NCBI GenBank assembly: GCA_964013895.1
Contig: CAXGYF010000002.1
Location: forward strand, 35,316 to 99,315
DNA from: an uncultured Acidimicrobiaceae bacterium
GTDB lineage: Bacteria > Actinomycetota > Acidimicrobiia > Acidimicrobiales > MedAcidi-G1
Length of the DNA: 64,000 nucleotides
Direction: 5' to 3'
The notes under the pieces were generated by a model, which saw only the letters and a program-made list of their open reading frames with translations, ran no database searches and was not told where the DNA came from. Position numbers and translations under genes: made by a program. Shown piece after piece: positions 37,596 to 47,176 of this stretch (position 1 is its first letter; every line of letters begins with the position of its first letter).

Positions 37596-38663
37596 TTATT
37601 CAAAGCTCTCAGCTAATTGTCGATCTCTTTCTGCAATTAGTAACGTTTCAACGACCTCGTCAAGATCTCCCGCAAGAATACTGTCTAGCCGATGCAGAGT
37701 TAGTCCTACTCGATGATCAGTAACTCGATTCTCTTTAAAATTGTATGTCCTTATTTTTTCTGATCGGCCACCACCGCCCACTTGATCTCGTCTAGCTGAT
37801 GCCGCCTCTGACTGTTGACGTTCCTGTTCAATCTGAAACAACCTTGCTCTAAGAACACGCAAAGCTTTTGTTTTATTCTGGAGCTGACTTTTCTCATCTT
37901 GCATAGTCACGACTAGACCGGTTGGGATGTGAGTGATTCGAACAGCCGAATCCGTAGTGTTAACCGATTGCCCACCAGGACCAGATGACCTATAAACATC
38001 AACCTGTAAATCTTTTTCTTCTATAGCTATCTCTACTTCATCTACCTCCGGTAAGACGGTTACAGTTGCGGATGATGTATGAACACGTCCCTGAGTTTCT
38101 GTAACCGGAACTCTTTGGACCCTGTGAACGCCCCCTTCGTGTTTTAAGTGAGTCCAGGCTGTTTCGCCGCGGATTAAAAAAACCACCTCTGTAAATCCAC
38201 CCATATCAGACTCTTTACTCTCAAGATGTTCAACAGCCCATCCTTTGGTGGCAGCAATAGCTACATACATGTCACGGAGATTACGTGCAAAAAGATTGGC
38301 CTCTTCTCCACCTTCCGCGCCTCTAATTTCTATAATTACTGTTCTTCCGTCATTCGGATCTTGAGGTAACAAGAAAACTCGCAATTCGGCTTCTAGTTTC
38401 TCAATCTCATTCTTTAATTCTGTCACTTCTTCCTGAAGTTGATCACGTTCATCACCTTCGGTGACTTCCATCAACTCTTTTGCAGTCTCAAGATTTTCAT
38501 ATGCAGATTGCAGAGGACGTCCAACTAAAAGAGTATTTCCTAATTCTTTGTGCCTTCGACCAAGTGTTTCTAACAGTTTTGAATCAGAAACTACTTCTGG
38601 GGCAGCTAATCGTTTTTCGACGTCTTCAAACTCGGCAATTAAAGCTTTTACTTGATCGATCAT
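37596..38663 (-). CDS. prfA: Peptide chain release factor 1
   Basis: EGGVHRVQRVPVTE, GGQ motif and RSEKIRTYNF; start moved to ATG 38663. Confidence 0.97.
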   Translation of the reverse strand: MIDQVKALIAEFEDVEKRLAAPEVVSDSKLLETLGRRHKELGNTLLVGRPLQSAYENLETAKELMEVTEGDERDQLQEEVTELKNEIEKLEAELRVFLLPQDPNDGRTVIIEIRGAEGGEEANLFARNLRDMYVAIAATKGWAVEHLESKESDMGGFTEVVFLIRGETAWTHLKHEGGVHRVQRVPVTETQGRVHTSSATVTVLPEVDEVEIAIEEKDLQVDVYRSSGPGGQSVNTTDSAVRITHIPTGLVVTMQDEKSQLQNKTKALRVLRARLFQIEQERQQSEAASARRDQVGGGGRSEKIRTYNFKENRVTDHRVGLTLHRLDSILAGDLDEVVETLLIAERDRQLAESFE

Positions 38664-38725
38664 TAACTCAGGGTATCGGTATGTGACTTGCTGCAATATG
38701 CATTCTGGTTTTACACAAAAACAAT

Positions 38726-39715
38726 TTAACTAGTTGGAATCTCCCACGCTCCTACAACCCCTTTAATCTCTAAAGGAATATCTAAATAGCTAAGGCATTT
38801 TTTCACCGGAACTAAAATGTCTTTTTCGGGAAGTACTACTTCAACACGGTTAGGGCATTCAATCGAAATTAAATCTGCAATAAATGAAACTAGACAAATA
38901 TCAACACCAACTGAGAAAACAATGAGAACTTTTTCACCCATCGCATCAATACCGGTTGCTGCTGCTGGCATCGTTTCTCGTAATGATTCCCTTTCTCTAG
39001 GAGGATCAACGCAAGTCAGATTTTCGAAACCGAATATTTCTGGACTGGCTAAAGCATCTGCTCTAAGCCATCTTTCCCTAGCGAGCCTCGATAATGGATG
39101 GAAACCAGACTCCGGGTTTCTAGAAGAAGTAACAATCTCTACTGCTGATGCAAGAACTTCCGACAACGGTCTACCGCTACTTATTAATGAAGTAGCTTCG
39201 CGATCAAATTTCCCCACTCCCACTTCAATTTCATCACCAGTAACTCTCATCACTTCAAGTCCTAAAATCTCACCTTTCCATATTCCACACTCATAAATTG
39301 GTTGCAAACCAAATTTCGAACACAAATCATAAAACTCAGAAGGTGCATCTTGCAGGTTATCCCTGCGAGCAATAGTGGCTGGTTCCACAGGAATAGGCTT
39401 CCCATCAGAAAGGAAGAAAATACTGGGTGATGGGTTCAAAATACTTGCCCGCCTTTGTGTCACTTGAGCACCCTCCAGATCTTCAAAAAAGATAACTAAC
39501 TCGAGCTGATCCTGAGTTGTTAATTCTAAAAGAGATGCGCCCAGCAAGCTTTCTGGACTTTCTTCGTCAGCAATAACCCATAAGGTCGAATTGTTATGAA
39601 TTCCACTCCCAGAAGAGTCTGTCAAATTTCCAAATTCTTGAAGAGAGTCTTCGGCAAGAATTTTTCGTAATTTGCTTCGGTTTAGAGATAACCGTTGTTC
39701 TTCGTCTAAAGGCAA
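38726..39715 (-). CDS. Uncharacterised soluble protein between rpmE and prfA
   Basis: 329-aa ORF filling the space in the operon; no motif confidently recognised. Confidence 0.75.
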   Translation of the reverse strand: MPLDEEQRLSLNRSKLRKILAEDSLQEFGNLTDSSGSGIHNNSTLWVIADEESPESLLGASLLELTTQDQLELVIFFEDLEGAQVTQRRASILNPSPSIFFLSDGKPIPVEPATIARRDNLQDAPSEFYDLCSKFGLQPIYECGIWKGEILGLEVMRVTGDEIEVGVGKFDREATSLISSGRPLSEVLASAVEIVTSSRNPESGFHPLSRLARERWLRADALASPEIFGFENLTCVDPPRERESLRETMPAAATGIDAMGEKVLIVFSVGVDICLVSFIADLISIECPNRVEVVLPEKDILVPVKKCLSYLDIPLEIKGVVGAWEIPTS

Positions 39716-39744
39716 TTTTTAAAAAATACTATCTGTAGCTAGTT

Positions 39745-40005
39745 CTACTCAGAACCCTTTTTACGACCTTTGCCGTACCTGCGCTCAAATCTTTCAACTC
39801 GACCCGCTGTATCAATGATCTGCATCTTGCCTGTGAAAAATGGGTGACTCGCAGAAGAAACTTCAACTTTAACCAACGGGTACTCAACCCCGTCAACAAT
39901 TGTTGTTTCTCCGGATTCAGCCGTTGAAGGAATTAAAAACGTGGTCCCCTCACTAGTGTCTTGGAACGCAACTGTTCTATATTCAGGGTGTATTTCAGAT
40001 CTCAT
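39745..40005 (-). CDS. rpmE: 50S ribosomal protein L31, type B (Cys-free)
   Basis: [19 protein letters not shown] and [13 protein letters not shown]; 86 aa with no Cys. Confidence 0.95.
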   Translation of the reverse strand: MRSEIHPEYRTVAFQDTSEGTTFLIPSTAESGETTIVDGVEYPLVKVEVSSASHPFFTGKMQIIDTAGRVERFERRYGKGRKKGSE

Positions 40006-40055
40006 AGCTGTCCAGTCTGTTGGAATTGTTTAGTATTAACAACCTTTTTTTTAAT

Positions 40056-41696
40056 TCAAGAAGCTTCTATTGAGGGACCTTTAGCAACTTCTGCCAAAAA
40101 TTCATCATTGTTAGGAAAAGTTTTTAATCGGTCGATGAGTAGTTCTAGGCCTGCGCCTGAACCATTATCCCCATCTGAGGCCAAACCGTTTAAAACTCTT
40201 CTTAATTTCCATACTTGGTTCAATTGCTTACGATCAAATAAGAGTTCTTCATGACGGGTTGAAGAAGCGTTCACATCAATAGCGGGGTAAACGCGCCTTT
40301 CCGCTATTCTTCGATCCAAGCGAAGCTCCATGTTTCCTGTTCCTTTGAACTCTTCAAATATTACTTCATCCATCTTTGATCCTGTTTCCACAAGGGCCGT
40401 AGCTAAAATTGTTAAAGAGCCACCTTCTTCGACATTTCTAGCAGCACCGAAAAATTTCTTTGGTGGATATAAAGCTCCACTATCAACACCACCAGACATA
40501 ATTCGACCTGTTGCCGGGGCAGCCAAATTATATGCTCTCGCTAATCTTGTGATTCCGTCAAGAATGATCACTACATCTTCGCCGTATTCGACGAGTCTCC
40601 GTGCTCGCTCTATGGTGACCTCGGCAATAGCAGTGTGCTCTTCTGCTGGTCTATCAAAAGTCGATGCAGCAACTTCGCCATTCATAAGCCATCTTTTCAT
40701 GTCGGTGACCTCTTCAGGTCTTTCGTCAACCAACAAGACAATTAATTTAACCTCAGGATTATTTGTCTCTATTGATCTCGCTATCTGCTTCATGATTGTT
40801 GTCTTACCAGCTTTCGGAGGAGAGACAATAAGACCTCTTTGTCCCTTACCTATTGGGGATAAAAGGTCAACGATGCGGGCTGTCATATTAGTTGGGTCAG
40901 CGGCCAATTCTAGGTTTAATCTCTCGTCCGGAAAGAGTGGTGTTAGATCTTCGAAATGAGGTCGTTTCAGTGCATCTTCAGGTGGGTTCCCATTCACAGT
41001 ATCTAATCTCAATAAAGCAGGATTTTTTTCACTTCTATTTGCTGGTCTTGCCCCACCAACTAAATAGTCTCCGCGTCGGAGATCAAATTGCTTCACCTGT
41101 TTCACAGACACATAAGCATCTTGTTTCGAAGGGCGGAATCCTGTTGTTCGCAAAAAGCCATAACCTTCATTACGCAAATCTAGATAGCCCTCTATAGAAA
41201 CAGGTTCGCCATCCCAAGAATCATCTTGGCCTTCTGGTCCTCTCCCACGACGACGACGACGACGGTTTCCAGGTTCGGTGTATTCATTATTACGTTTTTC
41301 TCGATTATTGTTCGAACTTCTTGAATCAGAATCTTTACTTGACGATGCTCTTGCGCTACTTGCGTTATCAGAAGTTTCAGATTTAAGGGACTTGCTAGAA
41401 TCATCGCCCTTGCCTTCTTCTTCAGCCTCATCTTTGAGAGCTATCTCCCAATCAGCTAACGGTTCCTCTTCATCTTTTGTCGCTGTGTCTCCAACGTCTG
41501 GAGGTGTCGCTTTTTCCGATTCTTCGGTATTAGCACTAGAAGGCGTACCCCCAGAAGCCAAATCAAGGATCATCTCAACTATCTCCGCTTTTCTAGCACG
41601 TGAAGCAGGTTTCCCTCCTAAGGCCGTGGCGATAGTAATAAGTTCATCTCGCCCTTTGGCTTCCAATGAATCGCTTTGTAACTCAGTCGAGTCCAT
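40056..41696 (-). CDS. rho: Transcription termination factor Rho with N-terminal insertion
   Basis: [25 protein letters not shown] and FKGTGNME; acidic/Ser-rich plus RRRRRR insertion typical of Actinobacteria. Confidence 0.98.
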   Translation of the reverse strand: MDSTELQSDSLEAKGRDELITIATALGGKPASRARKAEIVEMILDLASGGTPSSANTEESEKATPPDVGDTATKDEEEPLADWEIALKDEAEEEGKGDDSSKSLKSETSDNASSARASSSKDSDSRSSNNNREKRNNEYTEPGNRRRRRRGRGPEGQDDSWDGEPVSIEGYLDLRNEGYGFLRTTGFRPSKQDAYVSVKQVKQFDLRRGDYLVGGARPANRSEKNPALLRLDTVNGNPPEDALKRPHFEDLTPLFPDERLNLELAADPTNMTARIVDLLSPIGKGQRGLIVSPPKAGKTTIMKQIARSIETNNPEVKLIVLLVDERPEEVTDMKRWLMNGEVAASTFDRPAEEHTAIAEVTIERARRLVEYGEDVVIILDGITRLARAYNLAAPATGRIMSGGVDSGALYPPKKFFGAARNVEEGGSLTILATALVETGSKMDEVIFEEFKGTGNMELRLDRRIAERRVYPAIDVNASSTRHEELLFDRKQLNQVWKLRRVLNGLASDGDNGSGAGLELLIDRLKTFPNNDEFLAEVAKGPSIEAS

Positions 41697-41865
41697 ACTT
41701 AAACACCTCTGTGTTCTGTGTGTTGAGTGTTAAACCCCTCTAGAAAATTGGCTTAACACCGAAATTGAATTGCCGTTAAAACGAAACACGATCTGGGTCG
41801 TACACTCGTGTAACCATCAGACCTGATGAATGTCAATCAGGCCCTTAGCCATAACGACATCTAGT

Positions 41866-41894
41866 ACTGTATGCGAACCTCAAGTAGTCGACAA
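41866..41894 (-). promoter_or_regulatory. Candidate rho promoter
   Basis: On the minus strand TTGTCG (41894-41889), 17 bp, TACAGT (41871-41866), implying a 5' UTR of about 160 nt. Confidence 0.4.
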
Positions 41895-41947
41895 CACAAA
41901 AACTTACTTAAATAGAGTTTTTATTTTTTCCTGTAAAAATCTTTTAT

Positions 41948-43096
41948 TTAATTGGCTAAAAGGGCTTTCATCAGCTCATGCCCCTTAATTAAAGGCTTGT
42001 CCGAAACTCCAATTTCAGTAAAAACACCACCATCTGAATCTTTTTCTGAATCAAACAGAAGATAAGGAACAGGATCAGGCGTATGTGTCCGAAGGGTTAA
42101 AGGTGTTGCATGATCTGGGAGCATCAACATTCTCCACGGTCCTAAATCCTCTAAGCCTGAAATCAAATCTTTCAAAATGCGGCTATCCCAATTTTCGAGC
42201 GATTCGACTTTCGCTTCGACATTTCCAGCATGGCCGGCTTCATCAGTAGCCTCAACATGGATGATGAATAAATCTAAACCATCTTCCAACTCTTTGAGAG
42301 CTATATCTCTCTTACCTTCGTAATCCGTGTCATACCAACCAGTTGCACCTGGGATATCACATACTTTCATATCAGCTAACTTTCCAATACCTCTGACAAG
42401 ATCAACTGCTGTTACTAAACCCCCATTAACACCATTAACACCAGCAAACGATGGGAATTGAGGTTGTGTTCCCTGCCCCCATAACCAAATTCCCGTTGCT
42501 TCCAGACTTGATGCAGCCAATATCTCCTCAGATGCGGCCATCAGATCAGTGATTTTTTGACCTGATTTACCAGACGGAAATACGACCGAATCACCTGTTA
42601 GATCATGTGGTGGCACACAAACCGCATCAAGAAAATCTATGGGGGCAATCATTGCGTTGCGAAAACTAACACCTGCTAGAAAGGAGATTCCTTCGTCCGG
42701 GTTTCCCAGTTCCCTATTTAACTGTTCGATGACCTTCGCTGCTTCATCCGAAGAGGGATTCCCGCCCGCGTAATCGACCATCACACCATCAACTACTTTT
42801 ACAAAATTGCACCTGAATGCAGTTTGGTCCGGTCTTAGTTTCACTCCAAGCGCAGCGACTTCGATCGGGGCGCGTCCTGTGTGATACTTGCTTGGGTCAT
42901 AACCAAAAATTGACATATTCCCGACATCACTTCCCGGTGGCATGCCACTGGGTATTACTTCTGCCCTACCCAGAGTGCTTCTAGCAGCAAGTGCATCGAG
43001 ATTTGGCATGTTGGCCACTTCTAATGGAGTCTTTCCGCCAAGTTCTGGGACCGGCAAATCAGCACAACCATCTGGTACACAAATAACATATTTCAT
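41948..43096 (-). CDS. ApgM-like cofactor-independent phosphoglycerate mutase family; proposed homoserine kinase
   Basis: DGCAD, PGSDVGN (phosphorylated Ser), HVEATDEAGH and DHATP metal ligands; located after hom-thrC. Confidence 0.88.
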   Translation of the reverse strand: MKYVICVPDGCADLPVPELGGKTPLEVANMPNLDALAARSTLGRAEVIPSGMPPGSDVGNMSIFGYDPSKYHTGRAPIEVAALGVKLRPDQTAFRCNFVKVVDGVMVDYAGGNPSSDEAAKVIEQLNRELGNPDEGISFLAGVSFRNAMIAPIDFLDAVCVPPHDLTGDSVVFPSGKSGQKITDLMAASEEILAASSLEATGIWLWGQGTQPQFPSFAGVNGVNGGLVTAVDLVRGIGKLADMKVCDIPGATGWYDTDYEGKRDIALKELEDGLDLFIIHVEATDEAGHAGNVEAKVESLENWDSRILKDLISGLEDLGPWRMLMLPDHATPLTLRTHTPDPVPYLLFDSEKDSDGGVFTEIGVSDKPLIKGHELMKALLAN

Positions 43097-43135
43097 ACTT
43101 TTCCTACCCTGACAAAAATCTCTATAATCTTCAAC

Positions 43136-44533
43136 TTATTTTTCGTTTATTCTGGAACAACTAATCACGTGGTCTTTCACGACTTCTAGATCATTCGGTA
43201 ACTGGGTAAAAAACTCAGGACGTTCATGTAAATCAGCAAGACGATCTGGAAGGGGCGGACACTGCCCTAATGCCCTTTCAACTGCTTTAGGAAATTTAGC
43301 TGGATGTGCCGTAGCCAAAGAAACAATCGGAATTCCAGGATCAATTTGTTTGTCTCGATGTAAACGGGCAGCTAAAACCCCTACAGCAGAATGCGGGTCG
43401 AGAATTATGTCTGAACTTTCTGCTTGTGAAGAAATACACTTAACTACTTCTTCATCATCAAAGCTGTATCCGGCCCAGCTATTGGAGAACTTGGCTTTTA
43501 TATCGGAACCCACTTTTGCATTTCCATCTAATCGAAACTTTTCAAAGAGATTCCTAACTTTTTCTCCATCTCTTTCGAATAGTTCGAAAATGAATCTTTC
43601 TAAATTAGATGAGATTTGGATGTCCATGCTCGGGGAAAGAGTAGGTATAACTTCGTTAATTTTCATTTCGGCTGAAGTAAAGAACTGTGTGAGAATGTCA
43701 TTTTTGTTACTCGCAACCAACAATTTGGGGATGTTCAAACCACAATTTCTCGCTGCGTGACCAGCAAATACATTTCCAAAATTTCCAGTAGGAACTGAGA
43801 AAATTACTGGCTTGTCGTGAGACCCTAATCTTTCGGATGCCACCACATAATAAACTATCTGCGCCATAACCCTTGCCCAGTTAATTGAATTCACTGCACC
43901 TAACTTCAATTTATTTCTATATTCAAGATCGTTAAACATCGCTTTTACCAAATCTTGACAATCGTCAAAAGTTCCTTCGATGGCAACGTTGTGAACGTTG
44001 AAAGAGTCGACTGTAGTCATCTGTCTCCGCTGCACCTCCGAAACTCTGTTTGAGGGGTGGAAAATAACTATGTCTAAATTCTCGCGATCTTTGCAAGCTT
44101 CAATTGCCGCAGAACCTGTATCCCCAGAAGTCGCTCCTACGATCGTGAGATGCTCTCCGCGACTATTTAACTCATAATCAAATAGACCTCCGACCAGTTG
44201 GAGAGCTATATCTTTGAAGGCAAGAGTGGGACCGTGGAATAATTCCATCAAGAAAATCTGCTCATCTAATTCAATTAAGGAAACAATTTCTTGGACATCG
44301 AAAGAGTCATATGCCTCATCTATAATTTTTTTTAACGTTGCGTGATTGAGGCTTTCCGACGTAAAAAGACTCATTACCGCGAGAGCTGTTTCTAAATAAT
44401 TTCCATTACCTGAGCCTTCTAATGAAGGCCATGCATCTGGAACATATAGACCTCCATCATCAGCGAGACCTGCCAGTAAAGCTTCACTGAAGGTTTTTTC
44501 TGGCGCTGAACCTCTTGTACTTACGTACTTCAC
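43136..44533 (-). CDS. thrC: Threonine synthase (long class II type)
   Basis: YVSTRG, ELFHGPTLAFKD (PLP Lys), ATSGDTG, NSINWAR and VPTGNFG; start GTG 44533. Confidence 0.96.
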   Translation of the reverse strand: MKYVSTRGSAPEKTFSEALLAGLADDGGLYVPDAWPSLEGSGNGNYLETALAVMSLFTSESLNHATLKKIIDEAYDSFDVQEIVSLIELDEQIFLMELFHGPTLAFKDIALQLVGGLFDYELNSRGEHLTIVGATSGDTGSAAIEACKDRENLDIVIFHPSNRVSEVQRRQMTTVDSFNVHNVAIEGTFDDCQDLVKAMFNDLEYRNKLKLGAVNSINWARVMAQIVYYVVASERLGSHDKPVIFSVPTGNFGNVFAGHAARNCGLNIPKLLVASNKNDILTQFFTSAEMKINEVIPTLSPSMDIQISSNLERFIFELFERDGEKVRNLFEKFRLDGNAKVGSDIKAKFSNSWAGYSFDDEEVVKCISSQAESSDIILDPHSAVGVLAARLHRDKQIDPGIPIVSLATAHPAKFPKAVERALGQCPPLPDRLADLHERPEFFTQLPNDLEVVKDHVISCSRINEK

Positions 44534-44546
44534 TCGGACCCCTGAC

Positions 44547-45851
44547 TCAATCGATACCGATGACCCTGAGAACAGTGCCCACACTTCTAACTGCGTCTAG
44601 TTCATTCAAAGCCTCAATTGCTGCTTGTAAATTACTTTCAAAAGCCTTGTGAGTAATAAAAATAAGCCTTGCCTCCTTATCGAGGCCCTCTTGTTCCATA
44701 GATCGTATCGAAACGTGACGTTCCCCAAGAGCAGTTGCTACTTGTGCCAGCACACCTGGCTGATCATCAACTTCTACTTCTAAGAAATACTGGCTTTCTA
44801 AATCTGCAATTGGCGAAATTTTCATGGGCTTGAATTCGCCAATTGCGGCACTATTAGATCTTTTTAAATTGCAGGAAGCGTCGATTAAGTCACCTAGAAC
44901 CGCTGATGCTGTAGGTGCGCCTCCGGCACCTCTGCCGTAAAACATCAACTCCCCCATAGCGTCACCTTCGACGAAAATAGCGTTAAAGCTCTCACGAACC
45001 GTGGCTAATGGGTGCGTTAACGGAACCATACTTGGATGCACGCGAACACATAAAGAATCTTCACCATTGATTTTTTGTCTTTCTGTAATCGCTAAAAGCT
45101 TTATGCAGTGATCTAAACGATTAGCAAAATCTATATCTTCAGGGGTTATCTTTGTTATTCCCTCAACGTGCACGTCACTGAGAGTTACCTGAGCGCCAAA
45201 TGCAAAGCTTGCAATTATTGCAGCTTTAGCAGCCGCGTCATGACCTTCAACATCGGCTGTTGGATCGCTTTCTGCGTAACCAAGCTTTTGTGCTTCGTCA
45301 AGGGCATCTGAATACGGCATATTCTCTTCGGTCATTTTCGTGAGAATGAAGTTTGTGGTCCCATTGACTATTCCCATTACTCGTGTAATTGGTTCCCCTG
45401 CTAATGATTCACGCAAAGGGCGAATAATGGGAATTGCAGCTGCAACAGCAGCTTCAAATAAAAGATCGACTTCAGATTGTTTTGCTAAAGAATACAATTC
45501 ATCTCCATGAACGGCTAAAAGTTCTTTATTTGCTGTAACTACCGGTTTTCCTAGTGTAAGAGCTTTGACGATTAGATCTTTAGAAGGGTTTATTCCTCCC
45601 ATTACTTCAACTACAACATCCACATCAGGACTTTCTATAACTGAATTCGAGTCATCGGTAAATAAGGAGGGGTCTATTGACACATCTCGCGATTGGGAAA
45701 CATTACGAACAGCCACCTTGACGACATCAAGTTTTAGTCCTGTGCGTTCGGCAATAGCGTCGTTCTGCTCGTCTATTAATTTACACAGAGAGGCTCCAAC
45801 TGTTCCACAACCTAGAAGCCCTATGTTGACATTAACTAATTCCATACCCAT
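44547..45851 (-). CDS. hom: Homoserine dehydrogenase with C-terminal ACT domain
   Basis: GCGTVG, VTANK, FEAAVAAAIP, NGTTNFIL, DAAAK and ACT DDQPGVLA. Confidence 0.96.
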   Translation of the reverse strand: MGMELVNVNIGLLGCGTVGASLCKLIDEQNDAIAERTGLKLDVVKVAVRNVSQSRDVSIDPSLFTDDSNSVIESPDVDVVVEVMGGINPSKDLIVKALTLGKPVVTANKELLAVHGDELYSLAKQSEVDLLFEAAVAAAIPIIRPLRESLAGEPITRVMGIVNGTTNFILTKMTEENMPYSDALDEAQKLGYAESDPTADVEGHDAAAKAAIIASFAFGAQVTLSDVHVEGITKITPEDIDFANRLDHCIKLLAITERQKINGEDSLCVRVHPSMVPLTHPLATVRESFNAIFVEGDAMGELMFYGRGAGGAPTASAVLGDLIDASCNLKRSNSAAIGEFKPMKISPIADLESQYFLEVEVDDQPGVLAQVATALGERHVSIRSMEQEGLDKEARLIFITHKAFESNLQAAIEALNELDAVRSVGTVLRVIGID

Positions 45852-45904
45852 ACAGTACTTGGCGAAAGGCGCTAGTCAGGTACTGTTTTAACTTCTTTAA
45901 TATG

Positions 45905-47176
45905 TTAAATGTCACGTCTTGTTAGATCTTCGTAGGATTCTCTAGCTACAACCAATCGTGAAGATCCACCAGATACGAAAACCACTGCTGGTCTGAGCAT
46001 TTGATTATAATTCGAACCCATTGAATGACCGTAAGCACCTGTTACGGGAGTAGCGAGAATGTCTCCTACTGATAGATCTTCAGGCACCCATGCTTCTTTA
46101 ATGAGAAAGTCTCCAGATTCACAATGTTTACCTACAAGACGTACCGAATTTCGCCTTTCTGCTTGGTTAGAACGCGGTAAAAAAGTCTCGTACCCAGACC
46201 CGTAAAGTGCGGGTCTAGGATTGTCACTCATTCCGCCATCGACCGAAACATAGGTTCTATGGTCGGGAACTTCTTTTATTGTTCCTACTGTATAAAGCGT
46301 TACGGCAGCACTAGCGACTATGGAACGACCTGGCTCTGCACCAACTGAAGATTTAACTCCAGCTTCTGCGCAAGCATCAAAAATAGCGTCTGCCCACTCT
46401 TGTATGGAAGGAGCAGACTCTCCTTCGACGTAAGGGACTCCTAATCCTCCCCCCACGACTAATTCGGGAAAGTCATAAGGGGCCGCAAATTCTGCTAATA
46501 CCCCTACTGCTTTCGCAAATGGGCGAACATCAAAAACCTGACTGCCTATATGGGCATGTAGACCCAATAACTCTATGTGCTTAGAATTTCGAGCTCGCTG
46601 AACAGCTTCTTCAGCTACACCCGAACTAACTGTGAATCCAAATTTTGAATCTTCTTGTCCTGTGGAAACGAATTCATGAGTATGCGCTTCAACTCCGGGG
46701 GTAACTCTTAAAAGAACTTTGCTTGACGTATTAAGATTTGCACACAATTCCTCTAAGCGGTCTAGTTCGTCGAAAGAATCTACAACTATACGCCCCACGC
46801 CCTCTTTGAGGGCCATGTTAAGTTCTTCGAGACTCTTGTTATTTCCGTGCATTACTATTCGCTCACCGGGAACACCGGCTTTTCGAGCTATATACAGTTC
46901 CCCTCCGGTTGCAACGTCAAGGTTCATACCTTCTTGATAAGCAAGTTTCGCCATCTCTATGCATAGAAAAGCTTTTGTGGCATATGCAACATTGCCATCG
47001 AAAGCTTGTACCGCTTCGCGGCATCTTGACCGCAGATGGTCTTCGTCATAAACGAAAAGTGGCGTACCAAATTCATCCGCAAGTTCTACTAAGTTGCAAC
47101 CCCCTATAAGAGTGTGTTCCTCTGACGAAATATCTGCGGTATCTGGTAACAAATTACTTTGTATAGGACCTGCCAT
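45905..47176 (-). CDS. lysA: Diaminopimelate decarboxylase
   Basis: GTPLFVYD, YATKAF, HAHIGSQ, EPGRS, GKHCESGD and GAYG. Confidence 0.96.
   Translation of the reverse strand: MAGPIQSNLLPDTADISSEEHTLIGGCNLVELADEFGTPLFVYDEDHLRSRCREAVQAFDGNVAYATKAFLCIEMAKLAYQEGMNLDVATGGELYIARKAGVPGERIVMHGNNKSLEELNMALKEGVGRIVVDSFDELDRLEELCANLNTSSKVLLRVTPGVEAHTHEFVSTGQEDSKFGFTVSSGVAEEAVQRARNSKHIELLGLHAHIGSQVFDVRPFAKAVGVLAEFAAPYDFPELVVGGGLGVPYVEGESAPSIQEWADAIFDACAEAGVKSSVGAEPGRSIVASAAVTLYTVGTIKEVPDHRTYVSVDGGMSDNPRPALYGSGYETFLPRSNQAERRNSVRLVGKHCESGDFLIKEAWVPEDLSVGDILATPVTGAYGHSMGSNYNQMLRPAVVFVSGGSSRLVVARESYEDLTRRDI

Noticed and set aside
40330-40959. 209-aa plus-strand ORF
   Set aside because: Antisense shadow of the conserved Rho ATPase domain; Ser/Ile/Pro-rich composition typical of shadows
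41241-41265. cga tandem repeat
   Set aside because: Encodes the Arg run of the Rho insertion, not a repeat element
41780-41860. Tiny ORFs in the rho leader (MSLWLRA, MAKGLIDIHQV, MVTRVYDPDRVSF)
   Set aside because: No SD and no regulatory codon runs to support an attenuator peptide
45883-45910. ATATGTTAAAT resembling the XerD arm of a dif site
   Set aside because: No XerC arm or correct spacer, and it includes the lysA stop codon
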